Shown piece after piece: positions 35,935-55,055 of a stretch of DNA of 64,000 nt. A program made the translations under genes and the position numbers. The DNA is from Escherichia phage Barry: the sequence record LR880803; one strand, written 5' to 3'. Below the pieces are notes generated by a model. That model had not been told where the DNA came from. It searched no databases and saw only the letters and a program-made list of their open reading frames with translations. Numbering within the stretch: position 1 is the first letter of the stretch; every line of letters starts with the position of its first letter.

Positions 35935-36312
35935 ATGGCATATCAAGGTTTTACTAAGTTAGGTAACAGAGAACCTCTGAATGATATCATTCTTTGGGAA
36001 CAGATTACCCCAACAGGCCACTCTCGTAAAGAGTACACTCCGGTTGCTTCAACAGAATACCGTGTAGGTGAAGTTCTGAAAGCAGATGGTACTAAGGTAC
36101 AAGCTGGAGAAGAAGCCCAAGCAGACTCTGTATGTATCGTTAATTTCTACGCAGACCTGCAACTGTCTTATCATGGTCAGTTGAAAGTGGTAGGTATCCA
36201 CCGTGATGCAGAACTAAAAGACCTGCTGACTCTTGAATCAAGCGTTAATGCTGCTGAAGTCAAGAAAGCTCTGGCTGCTAAAGGTATTGATTTCGTACCA
36301 ACTGGCCTGTAA
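35935..36312 (+). CDS. hypothetical head protein (decoration candidate)
   Basis: 125-aa ORF between protease and capsid genes. Confidence 0.35.
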   Translation: MAYQGFTKLGNREPLNDIILWEQITPTGHSRKEYTPVASTEYRVGEVLKADGTKVQAGEEAQADSVCIVNFYADLQLSYHGQLKVVGIHRDAELKDLLTLESSVNAAEVKKALAAKGIDFVPTGL

Positions 36313-36345
36313 TAACAATAATAAGACATTCTGGAGAATTTTACA

Positions 36346-37452
36346 ATGTTGACTAATTCTGAAAAAAGCAGATTTTTACTTGCTGACCTGACTCGTGAAG
36401 TCCAGTCTATCCCAAACACTTATGGGTATATTTCCAACTTAGGTCTGTTCCGTTCAGCACCACAAACTCAGACAACCTTCCTGATGGACTTGACAGATTG
36501 GGATATCAGCTTGCTTGATGCTGTAGACCGCACTAGCCGTAAAGCTGAAACAAGTGCTCCTGAGCGTGTTCGTCAAATCAGCTTCCCAATGATGTACTTC
36601 AAGGAAGTTGAAAGCATTACTCCTGATGAGATTCAGGGTGTACGTCAGCCAGGTACTGCAAATGAACTAACCACTGAAGCTATCGTTCGTGCTAAGAAGC
36701 TGATGAAGATTCGCACCAAGTTCGATATTACTCGTGAGTTCTTGTTCATGCAAGCTCTGAAGGGTAAAGTTATCGACGCTAATGGTGTTCTGTACGCAGA
36801 CCTGTACAAACAGTTCGATGTAACTAAGAAGACTATCTACTTCGACCTTGACAATCCGAACTCTGATATTGATGCTCACATCGAAGACCTACGTATGCAC
36901 ATGGAAGACGAAGCTAAGACTGGTACTGTAATCAACGGTGAAGAGATTCACGTAGTTGTTGACAGAACTTTCTTCAGTAAACTTACCAAGCATCCGAAGA
37001 TTCGTGACGCATACCTTGCACAGCAGACTCCGCTGGCATGGCAACAGATTACTGGCTCTCTGAGAACTGGTGGTTCTGATGGTGTTCAGTCTCATATGAA
37101 CACGTTCTACTACGGTGGTGTTAAGTTTGTCCAGTACAACGGTAAGTTCAAAGACAAGCGCGGCAAGACCCATACTCTGGTTAGCATCGATGGTGTTACT
37201 CAGGATGGAACTGTAGGTGTAGGGCACGCTTTCCCTAACGTTTCTATGCTTGGTGAAGCAAACAACATCTTTGAAGTAGCTTACGCTCCATGTCCGAAGA
37301 TGGGCTACGCAAATACTCTGGGGCAGGAGTTGTACGTATTTGAATACGAAAAAGACCGTGATGAAGGTATTGACTTCGAAGCTCACTCTTACATGCTGCC
37401 ATACTGCACACGTCCTCAACTGCTGGTTGACGTTCGCTCAGACTCTGAGTAA
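36346..37452 (+). CDS. major capsid protein (by position and size)
   Basis: 368-aa ORF after protease/scaffold; SD GGAGAAT. Confidence 0.55.
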   Translation: MLTNSEKSRFLLADLTREVQSIPNTYGYISNLGLFRSAPQTQTTFLMDLTDWDISLLDAVDRTSRKAETSAPERVRQISFPMMYFKEVESITPDEIQGVRQPGTANELTTEAIVRAKKLMKIRTKFDITREFLFMQALKGKVIDANGVLYADLYKQFDVTKKTIYFDLDNPNSDIDAHIEDLRMHMEDEAKTGTVINGEEIHVVVDRTFFSKLTKHPKIRDAYLAQQTPLAWQQITGSLRTGGSDGVQSHMNTFYYGGVKFVQYNGKFKDKRGKTHTLVSIDGVTQDGTVGVGHAFPNVSMLGEANNIFEVAYAPCPKMGYANTLGQELYVFEYEKDRDEGIDFEAHSYMLPYCTRPQLLVDVRSDSE

Positions 37453-37474
37453 TGATAGGTAAGGAGGGTTATGA

Positions 37475-37924
37475 ATGTGTTATACAGGCGACCCAGCCAA
37501 TAACCCTCTTGATAGAGTAAGAATCCTCTGCACAGACACTAATAATGATGAAATTCTTATTGAGCAGTCTGTGCTAGAGTGGTTCTATCTAGAATCTGGA
37601 AAGGATGAAAAGAAAGCAGCCATCAAAGCTCTTAAATATTTACTCTTTCAAGTAGCCAAGATGGGAGATGAGAAGGTTGGTGGTGTTTATTTACGTAACT
37701 CTTCCAGATTCAAGTCTCTGAAAGCTGTTTATGACGACCTTGTTAAAAGCTCTGTTTCAGGACTACCCTATGCAGGTGGTATTAATCAGTGTGATATTGA
37801 CATGCGTCGTCAGAATCCTTGCTCTGTCAAGAAATACACAGAATATGGTGATGCTGCCAGATACGAAGGCAGAGATTACTGCAACCGTGTTAATGGCGTA
37901 TTTATTATCGAGCGAGATGAATAA
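37475..37924 (+). CDS. hypothetical head-tail joining protein
   Basis: 149-aa ORF, SD AAGGAGGG. Confidence 0.4.
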   Translation: MCYTGDPANNPLDRVRILCTDTNNDEILIEQSVLEWFYLESGKDEKKAAIKALKYLLFQVAKMGDEKVGGVYLRNSSRFKSLKAVYDDLVKSSVSGLPYAGGINQCDIDMRRQNPCSVKKYTEYGDAARYEGRDYCNRVNGVFIIERDE

Positions 37925-38406
37925 TGGTTAAAAGGGTTATTCACCCCGCTAGAGCAAAATTAGTCGGGGCTATGAAGAACTTGCAAACGGCTAATGCTCA
38001 AGTTGGGTATTTTCAAGAACAAGGTCAACATAGCTCTGGTTTTTCTTATCCTGCTTTAATGTATTTACAAGAAGTTATTGGGGTTCCTTCAGCTTCTGGT
38101 AAAGTATATCGTAGGTTGTTTGAAATCACTATGATGCTAAACAAACAGACCTTGTTAGAGCAGACTAAGAAGAATCTATATAAGCAACTTAGCAGTCTCA
38201 ACACAGACCCTTCAAATACCTTAGAAGCATTTGCAAAGAATGCTCAAAAGGCAATTAAAAGGGGTTTTGGTAATTCTGCTATCCTCCCTCCTAACGCACC
38301 TTCCACAGTCAAGAAAAAAGGCTTTAACGCACCTCTTGTTGAGACAGGTGACTTAAGGGATAACCTTGCTTATAAAATTTCTACTAAGAAGGGTATTAAG
38401 AAATGA
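37924..38406 (+). CDS. hypothetical head-tail joining protein
   Basis: 160-aa ORF. Confidence 0.4.
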   Translation: MVKRVIHPARAKLVGAMKNLQTANAQVGYFQEQGQHSSGFSYPALMYLQEVIGVPSASGKVYRRLFEITMMLNKQTLLEQTKKNLYKQLSSLNTDPSNTLEAFAKNAQKAIKRGFGNSAILPPNAPSTVKKKGFNAPLVETGDLRDNLAYKISTKKGIKK

Positions 38407-38804
38407 GACTCTTAAACAGACACAGCTTTGTAGTAAAGCGTAAAGTCTCTGAAGATGGTTATTATAATGATGATGGTGATTGGGTAGCTTCACAAGATAT
38501 TGTAGAGGTTAACTGTAAAGGTAATATCCAGCCATATATCAAAGGTTCTGTAAAGAACGGTACACAGATTGCTTTACCGGAAGGTATTAGACTTACCGAT
38601 ACAAGAATCCTGTATACCACATATAAGCTTAGAACTTCAGATGATGTAGAGTGGAATGAGTCTGATATTGTTATGATTGATGGTCATGAGTATGAAGTAT
38701 TTATGACTATGGATTGGTCACAGCAATTAGCCCATACGTCCCATTATGAATATATCATTATTAGAAGGGATAAAATGAATGCAGTTAGAAACAGCAGAAC
38801 TTGA
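38403..38804 (+). CDS. hypothetical head-tail joining protein
   Basis: 133-aa ORF. Confidence 0.4.
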   Translation: MRLLNRHSFVVKRKVSEDGYYNDDGDWVASQDIVEVNCKGNIQPYIKGSVKNGTQIALPEGIRLTDTRILYTTYKLRTSDDVEWNESDIVMIDGHEYEVFMTMDWSQQLAHTSHYEYIIIRRDKMNAVRNSRT

Positions 38805-39378
38805 AAAAGGTCTAGTTAGAACCTTAGTGGATGTTATTGGTCACAGATTAGCTCGTGATAAAAATAATAGGCCAAACGTAATTAGGGCTTACCCTTCTGA
38901 TAACTCAAATGACAAAGGTTTAAAACCTGACCAGCCATTTATCACCGTATATTGTCAAGATGCTGCAACACCTTATGGTTGGGTTCTTGATAAGTTTGTT
39001 GAGGATGATGTAGTTTGCTACAGAATTGCTTTTCAGATTCCTGTATTGATTACGGTAAATGGTAAAGGTGCTCACAGTATTATGCTTGAGCTTAAACAAC
39101 GATTAGAGATGAGTTCAGTCAGAGATTTAATCCTTGAAGAAACAGGAGCTACAGTACTAGACACTGGAGCTATCCCGAATGACTATACTTATCTCAATAC
39201 AGATTTCGAAAATTCTGCGCCTCTTGTTGTAACTCTTGTAAAAAACTCAGTCCTGAAAGATGAACGCGGAAGTATTATTGAGCGTGTCATTGTTGATGGT
39301 GAGTTGGTTTATGAAGAAGGACAAGAGCCACCAGAATATACTATCCATCTAGATGTAGACTCCAAAGGGGTAAAATAA
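38779..39378 (+). CDS. hypothetical tail completion protein
   Basis: 199-aa ORF. Confidence 0.4.
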   Translation: MQLETAELEKGLVRTLVDVIGHRLARDKNNRPNVIRAYPSDNSNDKGLKPDQPFITVYCQDAATPYGWVLDKFVEDDVVCYRIAFQIPVLITVNGKGAHSIMLELKQRLEMSSVRDLILEETGATVLDTGAIPNDYTYLNTDFENSAPLVVTLVKNSVLKDERGSIIERVIVDGELVYEEGQEPPEYTIHLDVDSKGVK

Positions 39379-40731
39379 ATGTGGAATCCAATTGTTAATG
39401 TAGATATTACATTGAACACCGCAGGAACTACAAGAGAAGGTTTTGGTTTGCCACTATTCTTAGCTTCAACAGATAACTTTGAAGAAAGAGTACGTGGTTA
39501 CACTTCCTTAACTGAAGTTGCTGAAGATTTCGATGAAAACTCTGCTGCATATAAGGCTGCTAAACAACTTTGGAGTCAGACTCCTAAAGTAACTCAGCTT
39601 TATATTGGTAGACGTGCTATGCAGTACACTGTATCAATTCCTGATGCCGTTACCGAAAGTACAGACTACTCAATTACTGTAGCTGTTGGCGGTGGAATTT
39701 CTCAACCATACCAGTACACAGCACAAGATTCAGACACTGCTGAGGTAGTGTTGCAACAGTTTAAAACACAGATTGAAGCTGACCCAACAATCAAAGATAA
39801 GGTTTCTGTGAATGTAACTGGTAGCAATGGCTCTGCCACAATGATTATTACCAAAGCTGGTGATAATGACTTTGTGAAAGTAACAACCACAGCACAGACT
39901 GTATATATTGCAAGTACAACTGCCGATACAGCAGCAACTGCTCTGGCAGCTATCGAAGCTTATTCTACCGACTGGTATTTCATTGCAGCAGAAGACAGAA
40001 CTCAACAGTTTGTCTTAGCAATGGCTTCTGAGATTCAGGCTCGCAAGAAAATCTTCTTTACAGCTAACTCGGATGTAACAGCACTGCAAGGCACAGAACT
40101 AGCCAGTGCAAATGATGTTCCAGCACAGCTTGCTAAGAATATGTACACTCGTACAGTTTGCTTGTGGCATCACGCAGCAGCAGAAGATTACCCAGAGATG
40201 GCATACATTGCTTATGGTGCTCCATATGATGCAGGTTCAATTGCTTGGGGTAATGCTCAGCTAACTGGTGTAGCAGCTTCTCTACAACCATCTAATCAGA
40301 GACCTCTGACAAGTATTCAGAAGTCTGCTTTAGATGTACGTCACTGTAACTTTATTGACCTTGATGGTGGTGTTCCAGTGGTTCGTAGAGGGATTACTTC
40401 TGGTGGGGAATGGATTGATATCGTCCGTGGTGTTGACTGGTTAGAATCAGACCTGAAAACTTCTCTGAGAGACTTGCTAATTAACCAGAAGGGTGGTAAG
40501 ATTACTTATGATGATACTGGTATTACCCGTATTCGTCAAGTCATTGAAACCTCTCTGCAAAGAGCAGTCAACAGAAACTTCCTGTCATCTTACACAGTTA
40601 ATGTTCCTAAAGCCTCTCAAGTTGCTTTAGCAGACAAGAAAGCGCGTATCCTAAAAGATGTTACCTTCGCAGGTATCTTAGCAGGGGCTATCTTGGATGT
40701 TGACTTGAAAGGTACAGTGGCTTACGAATAA
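39379..40731 (+). CDS. tail sheath protein (by position and size)
   Basis: 450-aa ORF immediately before a ~150-aa tube-like gene, terminator and tape-measure gene. Confidence 0.5.
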   Translation: MWNPIVNVDITLNTAGTTREGFGLPLFLASTDNFEERVRGYTSLTEVAEDFDENSAAYKAAKQLWSQTPKVTQLYIGRRAMQYTVSIPDAVTESTDYSITVAVGGGISQPYQYTAQDSDTAEVVLQQFKTQIEADPTIKDKVSVNVTGSNGSATMIITKAGDNDFVKVTTTAQTVYIASTTADTAATALAAIEAYSTDWYFIAAEDRTQQFVLAMASEIQARKKIFFTANSDVTALQGTELASANDVPAQLAKNMYTRTVCLWHHAAAEDYPEMAYIAYGAPYDAGSIAWGNAQLTGVAASLQPSNQRPLTSIQKSALDVRHCNFIDLDGGVPVVRRGITSGGEWIDIVRGVDWLESDLKTSLRDLLINQKGGKITYDDTGITRIRQVIETSLQRAVNRNFLSSYTVNVPKASQVALADKKARILKDVTFAGILAGAILDVDLKGTVAYE

Positions 40732-40746
40732 TAGAGGTAAATTGGA

Positions 40747-41193
40747 ATGGCTATGTATCAGCAATATTCCCCTAAAGACGTTGTATGTAGCTGGAACGGC
40801 ATTGCTATTGAAGGCTTTGCTCCAGACTCATTCTTGCGTCTACAGAGAACATCACCACTTGTGACACCAGTTGTTGGTGCAGGTGGTCAGGTTGCTCTGA
40901 CAAGAAATGCAGACAAGACAGGCACTATTGAGATTGAGTTAATGCAGACTTCTCTCTCTAACCAGATGCTTTCTGCAATTCAAGCTAAACAAGACAATAT
41001 GGAACTTGAAGAAGATATCTCTTCTAACTTCGTAATCTACGACCCATCAGGCTCTGTTCTGGCAACTGGTATTAACGCTTGGTTGCAGGAGTTACCACAG
41101 ATTGAACTTGGTCGTGACCAGAACTCTAAAACTTGGATTTTTGGTTGTGAGAAGTTAGACTACACTTCTACAATTCCAGCGTCAAGTGTTTAA
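40747..41193 (+). CDS. tail tube protein (by position and size)
   Basis: 148-aa ORF followed by a strong terminator. Confidence 0.5.
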   Translation: MAMYQQYSPKDVVCSWNGIAIEGFAPDSFLRLQRTSPLVTPVVGAGGQVALTRNADKTGTIEIELMQTSLSNQMLSAIQAKQDNMELEEDISSNFVIYDPSGSVLATGINAWLQELPQIELGRDQNSKTWIFGCEKLDYTSTIPASSV

Positions 41194-41205
41194 TAAATCC
41201 TATAA

Positions 41206-41238
41206 GGGGGAGACTTTAAAAGGTCTTCCCCTTTTTTG
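41206..41238 (+). terminator. rho-independent terminator after the tube gene
   Basis: GGGGGAGACTTTAAAAGGTCTTCCCC followed by TTTTTTG. Confidence 0.6.
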
Positions 41239-41266
41239 TTTCTTTTAAAAGTATTAAGGAATCACA

Positions 41267-41665
41267 ATGAAAACAGAATCTAGAGTAATTAATGGTAAGA
41301 AAGTAAATATCGTTCTGCTTGGGGCAAGAGATGGTATTAAGATGTCTATGAAGTTGGGTAAAATTGTTGTTCCAACCTTTGCACAGATGCTATCAAGTCT
41401 GACTGACAAGGATAAGAAAGAAGCTCCAATGGTTCCATTTAAAGAACTTGTTGAAGCTTGTTTTGACAGAATTGAAGAAATTAACCTTGAAGAGATGGCA
41501 ACCCTGTTATTTCAAGGGGCAACTGTTGATGACTTCCCACTTAATATTGATACGTACTTCCAAGCAAACTACGGTGAATTTATTGATTACCTAGCATTTG
41601 CGCTGGAGGCAAACTTCGGAAGTTTTTTCGAAGCAAGCATTTTCAAAAGCCTAACTTCTCAGTAA
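41267..41665 (+). CDS. tail assembly chaperone candidate
   Basis: 132-aa ORF directly upstream of the tape-measure gene. Confidence 0.4.
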   Translation: MKTESRVINGKKVNIVLLGARDGIKMSMKLGKIVVPTFAQMLSSLTDKDKKEAPMVPFKELVEACFDRIEEINLEEMATLLFQGATVDDFPLNIDTYFQANYGEFIDYLAFALEANFGSFFEASIFKSLTSQ

Positions 41666-41667
41666 AC

Positions 41668-41906
41668 ATGGGTAATACTCTACAGACACCACTGACTGAT
41701 GCTGCTGTAGAGGCAACCTATGAAGAAGCAGACGAGATGAAATTTGTGCTTGCTATTTATGGTATGGAAGGGTGTAAAGAAACACTTGACCAACTCTTTG
41801 CTATGACATTCTCTGATTTATTATCATTGAGACAATTTCTTGAGATTCAGAGGTCGTATAAAGAGGAAATTGCTTACAACGAACTTAGAAGAGCAGGAAA
41901 AATGTA

Positions 41907-41907
<1 letters not shown>
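41668..41907 (+). CDS. tail assembly chaperone candidate (second ORF)
   Basis: 79-aa ORF. Confidence 0.35.
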
Positions 41908-49923
<8,016 letters not shown>

Positions 49924-49925
49924 TA

Positions 49926-51074
49926 ATGGCAGTAGGTGAAATTCAAATTAGTGCCTTGCCTCAAGCAGCCTTACCAATTGACCTTAGTGATATCTTCCAT
50001 CTTAAACAGGGTATCGAGGATAAGAGATGTACTCTTGAGCAATTACTTGCCCCACACTCAAGCCTAAGAAATAATCCTCATGGTGTTACTAAGACACAAA
50101 TTGGTTTAGATAACGTTATTAATGCTCTACAGTTAGTTGCTGAAAATAACTTATCAGACATTGTTAATGTAGCTGAGGCAAGAGCAAATCTACAGATTAT
50201 GTCTTCAGAAGAGGTTAATAATCTTATTCAACAACATATTGATGATAAGAGCAACCCACACAACACCACTAAGGCACAGGTTGGGTTAAGTAATGTTCAG
50301 AACTGGGTGACATCTAACCTTTATAATGAGGATGCAGATAAGTATGCTACAGCAAGAGCAGTAAATAACTTGTACAAGGCTGTTCAGGCTTCTTATCCAG
50401 TAGGTACTATCCATCTCTCTATGAATCCTGCAAACCCTTCTACATATTTAATTTGTGGAGGTACTTGGGAGTTAGTTTCAAAAGGAAGAGCACTTGTAGG
50501 TTATGATAGTGCTTCTAGGCCAGTTGGTTCAACGTTTGGTTCGCAGACTACTGCACTGACAGTTAACAACATTCCTGCACATACTCACTCAGTATACGTC
50601 ACTGGTGGTGGTCACACACACGGTGCAACGGCCTCTATCAGTGCTTTTGACTACGGTACTAAAGGGACTACAACGTTTGACTATGGAACAAAGACTGTAT
50701 CTACTTATGACTATGGTAACAGAACAACCAGTGCTGCTGGTTTAACACAAACAACATTCATTAATCGTGGTTATGCTGATGGTGGTTGGAGAGGTTTATC
50801 AGTTGAGGGGGCAAGCTATGACCCAAGAGCTACGCTGACAACAGCTAACAACCACACTCACTCTGTAGCAATTGGTGCGCATAATCACACAGTTGGTATT
50901 GGTGCTCATAGCCATTCTGTTGCAATTGGTTCCCACAACCACTCAGCAACAGTAACAGTAACCGGAGCAGGTGAGCATTCGCACTCTGGCACAACTGGCA
51001 CAACTGGTTCTGGTCAAGCATTTAGCGTTGAACAGCCATCCTTCGTATTGTATGTATGGCAGAGAACAGCTTAA
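49926..51074 (+). CDS. tail fiber protein with His-box (HxH) receptor-binding tip
   Basis: repeated HTHS/HNHT/HSHS/HNHS motifs; C-terminus GSGQAFSVEQPSFVLYVWQRTA shared with the next fiber. Confidence 0.65.
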   Translation: MAVGEIQISALPQAALPIDLSDIFHLKQGIEDKRCTLEQLLAPHSSLRNNPHGVTKTQIGLDNVINALQLVAENNLSDIVNVAEARANLQIMSSEEVNNLIQQHIDDKSNPHNTTKAQVGLSNVQNWVTSNLYNEDADKYATARAVNNLYKAVQASYPVGTIHLSMNPANPSTYLICGGTWELVSKGRALVGYDSASRPVGSTFGSQTTALTVNNIPAHTHSVYVTGGGHTHGATASISAFDYGTKGTTTFDYGTKTVSTYDYGNRTTSAAGLTQTTFINRGYADGGWRGLSVEGASYDPRATLTTANNHTHSVAIGAHNHTVGIGAHSHSVAIGSHNHSATVTVTGAGEHSHSGTTGTTGSGQAFSVEQPSFVLYVWQRTA

Positions 51075-51084
51075 TTTCTTTACA

Positions 51085-51104
51085 GGGGCTTTATAGCCCC
51101 TTTT
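51085..51104 (+). terminator. rho-independent terminator
   Basis: GGGGCTTTATAGCCCC followed by TTTT. Confidence 0.5.
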
Positions 51105-51120
51105 AAGAGGAAAATTTATA

Positions 51121-53472
51121 ATGGCAGATTACAAGTTGAGTGAATTAAACTCAATTGATACAATTCGTTCAGACGACCTTCTTCATGTCAGGGTTAAAAA
51201 GAGACCTGAAATGCTGGGTGATGAAGACCGTCGAATGACCTATCAAGACTTCTTAGCATCTTTTAAACTAGAAAGGTTTGTCCAGATTGCTGGTAGCACT
51301 ATGACGGGTGACTTAGGAATTGTCAAGTTACTTTATGGTGGTAAGGCAGTATTTGACCCTACAGGTTCTTCTGAGATTACTATGGGGGATGTTTTAAAGG
51401 CTTTTAAAATCAATGCAAATGGTCTTAAACTAACTATTGCAGATGCTTCAAGGTCTGCAACTGTTTACCATACTCTTAATAAGCCAAGCCCTAATGAACT
51501 TGGGATGAGAACTAATGAAGAGAATGATGCAAGATATGCAAGGTTGGCTGTAACAAACACATTCTCTAGAAATCAGAACATTCAAAGTGATGGTAATGCA
51601 CTTCGCCTTAGAAACCAGATTGCAAATAATGCACAATACATTGAGGGTGTAAACCTAGATGGTTCAGCTAGATGGTGGGTTGGTATTGGTAGCAATGGCG
51701 AGGATGCAGTAAGCCTGTATAACAGCAAATACAACTCAGCAGTGATTGTTGCAAGCAATATCTCTGTTAATAAGTCTTTAGCAATCACTGGTCAAGTTCA
51801 GCCTTCTGACTTCTCTAACTTAGATGCTAGATACTTTACTCAGACAGCAGCTAATCAGAGATTTGCGCAGTTAGTTGGTAATAATACCTTCAGTGGTTTA
51901 AACACATTCAGTAATAATGTTAATGTGAACTCTGATGGTGCTGCTATCATTCTAAAAAATAAAACGGCCAATGATACTCTGTTCATCCTAGCAAGAGACA
52001 GTGAAAACAATAATTTGTGGTATATTGGTAAAGGTGATGTAACCTCTAATATCACGATTTATGATTATAATGGTGACACTTCTATTAAATTAAACGCGTC
52101 TGGTGTAACATTTAATAAGGGTGTAAAAATCACTGGTCAAGTACAACCTTCTGATTGGACTAACATTGACTCTCGTTATGTTCTTATTGGTTCATACGCA
52201 AATCTTGCTAAGAAGAATGAAGCTAACACATTCACTTTACAGCAGAATATTCAATCTGATGGTGAAGCATTAAGAATCTACAGCAAGGCTCAGAATAATT
52301 CTTCTTACATTGTTGGTAAGAATACTGATAACACAAATAAGTGGTTTATCGGTTGTGGTACTAATGGTTCTGGTACGGCATCATTCCATAACTACTTGAC
52401 TGGTGCAAGACTCGATTTAGCTGACGAAATTCTTCTGTCTAAATCTCTACAGATTACTGGACAGGTAAAACCTTCTGATTGGTCTAACTTAGATGCTAGA
52501 TACTTCACTCAGTCAGCAGCTAATCAGAGATTCATGGTTGCAGGTTCTACAGGAGAAGCTACAGAGCAGAATGCAGATGGTGTGGCATGGAACGCTAAAA
52601 CAGGCTTATATAATGTAACATCACCAAATGGTGATTACACATCACTTGTATTTCAAATGTATCAGGGAGTGTCCTCTTCTACTGCCTGTGCGCAACTAAA
52701 GTTCCAGTATAAAAATGGTGGGATGTGGTACAGAACATCTGTAGACAGTAAAGGTTTTGAGGCTAAGTGGTCTAAGGTTTACACAGAGGCTCAGAAACCA
52801 ACCCCTTCAGAGCTTGGTGCATACACTAAAGCTGAAACTGACCAGAAGATTGCACAGGCAGTAAGTGACTCTACAGACCTTAACAAAATCTATCCAGTGG
52901 GTATTGTGACGTGGTTTAACAGTAATGTTAACCCTAATACAGCACTGCCTGGTCTAACTTGGACGTATCTGAACAATGGTGTTGGTAGAACTATCAGAAT
53001 TGCAGCAGCAAACGGTTCAGATGTTGCTACAACTGGTGGTTCAGACTCTGTGACGTTAGCTGTTGGGAACTTGCCTTCACACACTCACAGTTTTTCTGCG
53101 ACTACCTCATCGTTTGACTACGGAACAAAAAACACTAACACGACTGGTGCTCACACACACTCTGTAAGTGGTTCTACTTCATCTGCTGGTAACCACAACC
53201 ACGCTATCTCGTGGATTGGTCAGAACTCTACACACTATTCTGGTGGTGGTGGTGGTAAAATCGGTACAGGTCCGGGTTACACTGATGCTGCTGGTGCGCA
53301 CACCCACACAATCTCTGGTACTGCTACTTCTGCTGGTAACCATGCTCACAGTGTTGGTATTGGTGCTCACAGTCATACAGTTAGTGGTAACACTGGTGGT
53401 ACAGGTTCTGGTTCAGCATTTAGTGTTACTAACCAGTTCTATAAGTTAATGGCTTGGGTGAGAACTGCTTAA
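51121..53472 (+). CDS. long tail fiber protein with three internal ~120-aa repeats and His-box tip
   Basis: three repeats ending ITGQV(Q/K)PSD(F/W)(S/T)N(L/I)D(A/S)RY; C-terminal HTHS/NHNH/HTHT/NHAH/HSHT motifs and [22 protein letters not shown]. Confidence 0.7.
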   Translation: MADYKLSELNSIDTIRSDDLLHVRVKKRPEMLGDEDRRMTYQDFLASFKLERFVQIAGSTMTGDLGIVKLLYGGKAVFDPTGSSEITMGDVLKAFKINANGLKLTIADASRSATVYHTLNKPSPNELGMRTNEENDARYARLAVTNTFSRNQNIQSDGNALRLRNQIANNAQYIEGVNLDGSARWWVGIGSNGEDAVSLYNSKYNSAVIVASNISVNKSLAITGQVQPSDFSNLDARYFTQTAANQRFAQLVGNNTFSGLNTFSNNVNVNSDGAAIILKNKTANDTLFILARDSENNNLWYIGKGDVTSNITIYDYNGDTSIKLNASGVTFNKGVKITGQVQPSDWTNIDSRYVLIGSYANLAKKNEANTFTLQQNIQSDGEALRIYSKAQNNSSYIVGKNTDNTNKWFIGCGTNGSGTASFHNYLTGARLDLADEILLSKSLQITGQVKPSDWSNLDARYFTQSAANQRFMVAGSTGEATEQNADGVAWNAKTGLYNVTSPNGDYTSLVFQMYQGVSSSTACAQLKFQYKNGGMWYRTSVDSKGFEAKWSKVYTEAQKPTPSELGAYTKAETDQKIAQAVSDSTDLNKIYPVGIVTWFNSNVNPNTALPGLTWTYLNNGVGRTIRIAAANGSDVATTGGSDSVTLAVGNLPSHTHSFSATTSSFDYGTKNTNTTGAHTHSVSGSTSSAGNHNHAISWIGQNSTHYSGGGGGKIGTGPGYTDAAGAHTHTISGTATSAGNHAHSVGIGAHSHTVSGNTGGTGSGSAFSVTNQFYKLMAWVRTA

Positions 53473-53551
53473 TCCCTTGTTGACTGATTGTTAAGATGGT
53501 GTTAATATTCTTTATGGGTATTCTCACCATCTTGGCTGATGAGGTGATTAA

Positions 53552-53746
53552 ATGCCTACAATCCTAGCAATTCTTCTAAAAAATCTAGGTAGTTTCTTCT
53601 GGAAACTCATTTTATCCCTTCTGAGTGAATACATGATTGAGAAAGTGTTCTTTAAGCTTGCAAGATACCTTGCGAGTAAAACAGACACACCTATTGATGA
53701 TGAGTTCGTAGATAACTTAGAAAGAGCTTTTAAGGGGGAGAAATAA
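53552..53746 (+). CDS. small hydrophobic protein (holin-like candidate)
   Basis: 64 aa; N-terminal hydrophobic segment, charged C-terminus. Confidence 0.3.
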   Translation: MPTILAILLKNLGSFFWKLILSLLSEYMIEKVFFKLARYLASKTDTPIDDEFVDNLERAFKGEK

Positions 53747-54118
53747 ATGAAGTGGCTAGAGGAAGCTTTTAAAAATAATATTGGTGCAATTGTAGTTGGT
53801 ATTTTTAGTGTTATCGGGATGTATACCACTATGCAAGTTTCAAGTGGTAAGCAAGAAGTGTCTGTCACAACAAAGTTACAGCAGCTAGATAATTATTCCA
53901 AAAGTAACTATTCAGCTATTCGTGATTTACAGTCTGACATGAGACTGATTCAGCTAGGGATGGAGAACCAGAAAGTCCAGTTAGAGAATGTTAAGGGTGA
54001 GAATGCGAAACTTACCAAAACTCTTGATAAATTCTCTGACAGTGTGAACAATCTGGCCCAATCAGTATCAGCCTTGCAAGCTATTACTGAAAAGAACACA
54101 AAGAATACTGAAAAATAA
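53747..54118 (+). CDS. membrane-anchored coiled-coil protein
   Basis: 123 aa; TM segment IGAIVVGIFSVIGMY then heptad-like region. Confidence 0.35.
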   Translation: MKWLEEAFKNNIGAIVVGIFSVIGMYTTMQVSSGKQEVSVTTKLQQLDNYSKSNYSAIRDLQSDMRLIQLGMENQKVQLENVKGENAKLTKTLDKFSDSVNNLAQSVSALQAITEKNTKNTEK

Positions 54119-54126
54119 AATTTTAA

Positions 54127-54157
54127 GGCTCCCGTAAAAAGGAGCCTTTTTGTTTTT
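54127..54157 (+). terminator. rho-independent terminator between convergent blocks
   Basis: GGCTCCC-gtaaaaa-GGGAGCC followed by TTTTTGTTTTT. Confidence 0.6.
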
Positions 54158-55055
54158 ACTTACCTACTGACAGAGGTGCTTCAATCTTCCCTGCATGTTG
54201 GTAGTTGTTAATACCACCAATAAAATCACTTGCAGTAAGATGTTTCAGGTCACTTAAAGTATTAAGTGGTAGACCAATCTCAAAAGTTGGTGCATGGAAC
54301 TCTTCATTGTTCATCAGTTCATAAACCTGTTTCATATGGTTCTGATAAATCTGAGTATCCCCAAAGACACCTATCAAGTACCGTGGAGTGTATCCAGTCA
54401 TCTTACAAAGAACTTCTAAGATGAAACCATAAGACGCAATATTAAACGGAAGTCCTAAAAAGGTGTCTACTGAACGTTGATACCACTGTAAGTCAACTTC
54501 ACCCTCATTAGTGATATAAATCTGAAACAGAACATGACAAGGTGCTAAAGCCATTGAGTTTGCTGCAATATCTGCTGCATTCCAAGCATTAACAAGCATG
54601 TAACGGTCTGTGATATCACCCTTCATCTTCGTTACTAAGGTCTCTAGCTGGTCTACAACACAACCATTATGACCCTCAAAGTTTCTCCACTGAACCCCGT
54701 AGATTCTCCCACCTGCATCTTCTAACCAGTCTTGTTCAGAAGAATAATTAGAACTTAACCAGCGTTTAAAATCATCTGACCAGATAGTCCATCGTTCCCC
54801 ATCATTTTCACCCCAAGTACGGTAACGGAGTTCACCAAGCTTATTCTCACCATTCAGGAACCATAAAGCTTCCCCAATAACTTGCCTTGTAAACACCTGT
54901 TTAGATGTTAAGAGTGGGAAACCAGTACGCATATCAAAACGAAACTTAGGTGGAGCAAATGCAGAGATAACATCTCCAGTTCGTGTAGTACGCAGTTCAC
55001 CGACTGATAAAACATGGTTCAGGATATTTTTATAACTTGAATCTGCTTGTGACAT
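54156..55055 (-). CDS. thyA: thymidylate synthase
   Basis: ALAPCHVLFQIYI ... LQWYQRSVDTFLGLPFNIASYGFIL matches the ThyA active-site Cys-His block and the QRSxD/LG(L/V)PFNIASY block. Confidence 0.9.
   Translation of the reverse strand: MSQADSSYKNILNHVLSVGELRTTRTGDVISAFAPPKFRFDMRTGFPLLTSKQVFTRQVIGEALWFLNGENKLGELRYRTWGENDGERWTIWSDDFKRWLSSNYSSEQDWLEDAGGRIYGVQWRNFEGHNGCVVDQLETLVTKMKGDITDRYMLVNAWNAADIAANSMALAPCHVLFQIYITNEGEVDLQWYQRSVDTFLGLPFNIASYGFILEVLCKMTGYTPRYLIGVFGDTQIYQNHMKQVYELMNNEEFHAPTFEIGLPLNTLSDLKHLTASDFIGGINNYQHAGKIEAPLSVGK

Noticed and set aside
53168-53449. Leu/Val/Thr-rich ORF 53168..53449 (+) and antisense ORF 53179..53376
   Set aside because: Alternate-frame readings of the repetitive His-box region of the tail fiber gene; no independent start signal.
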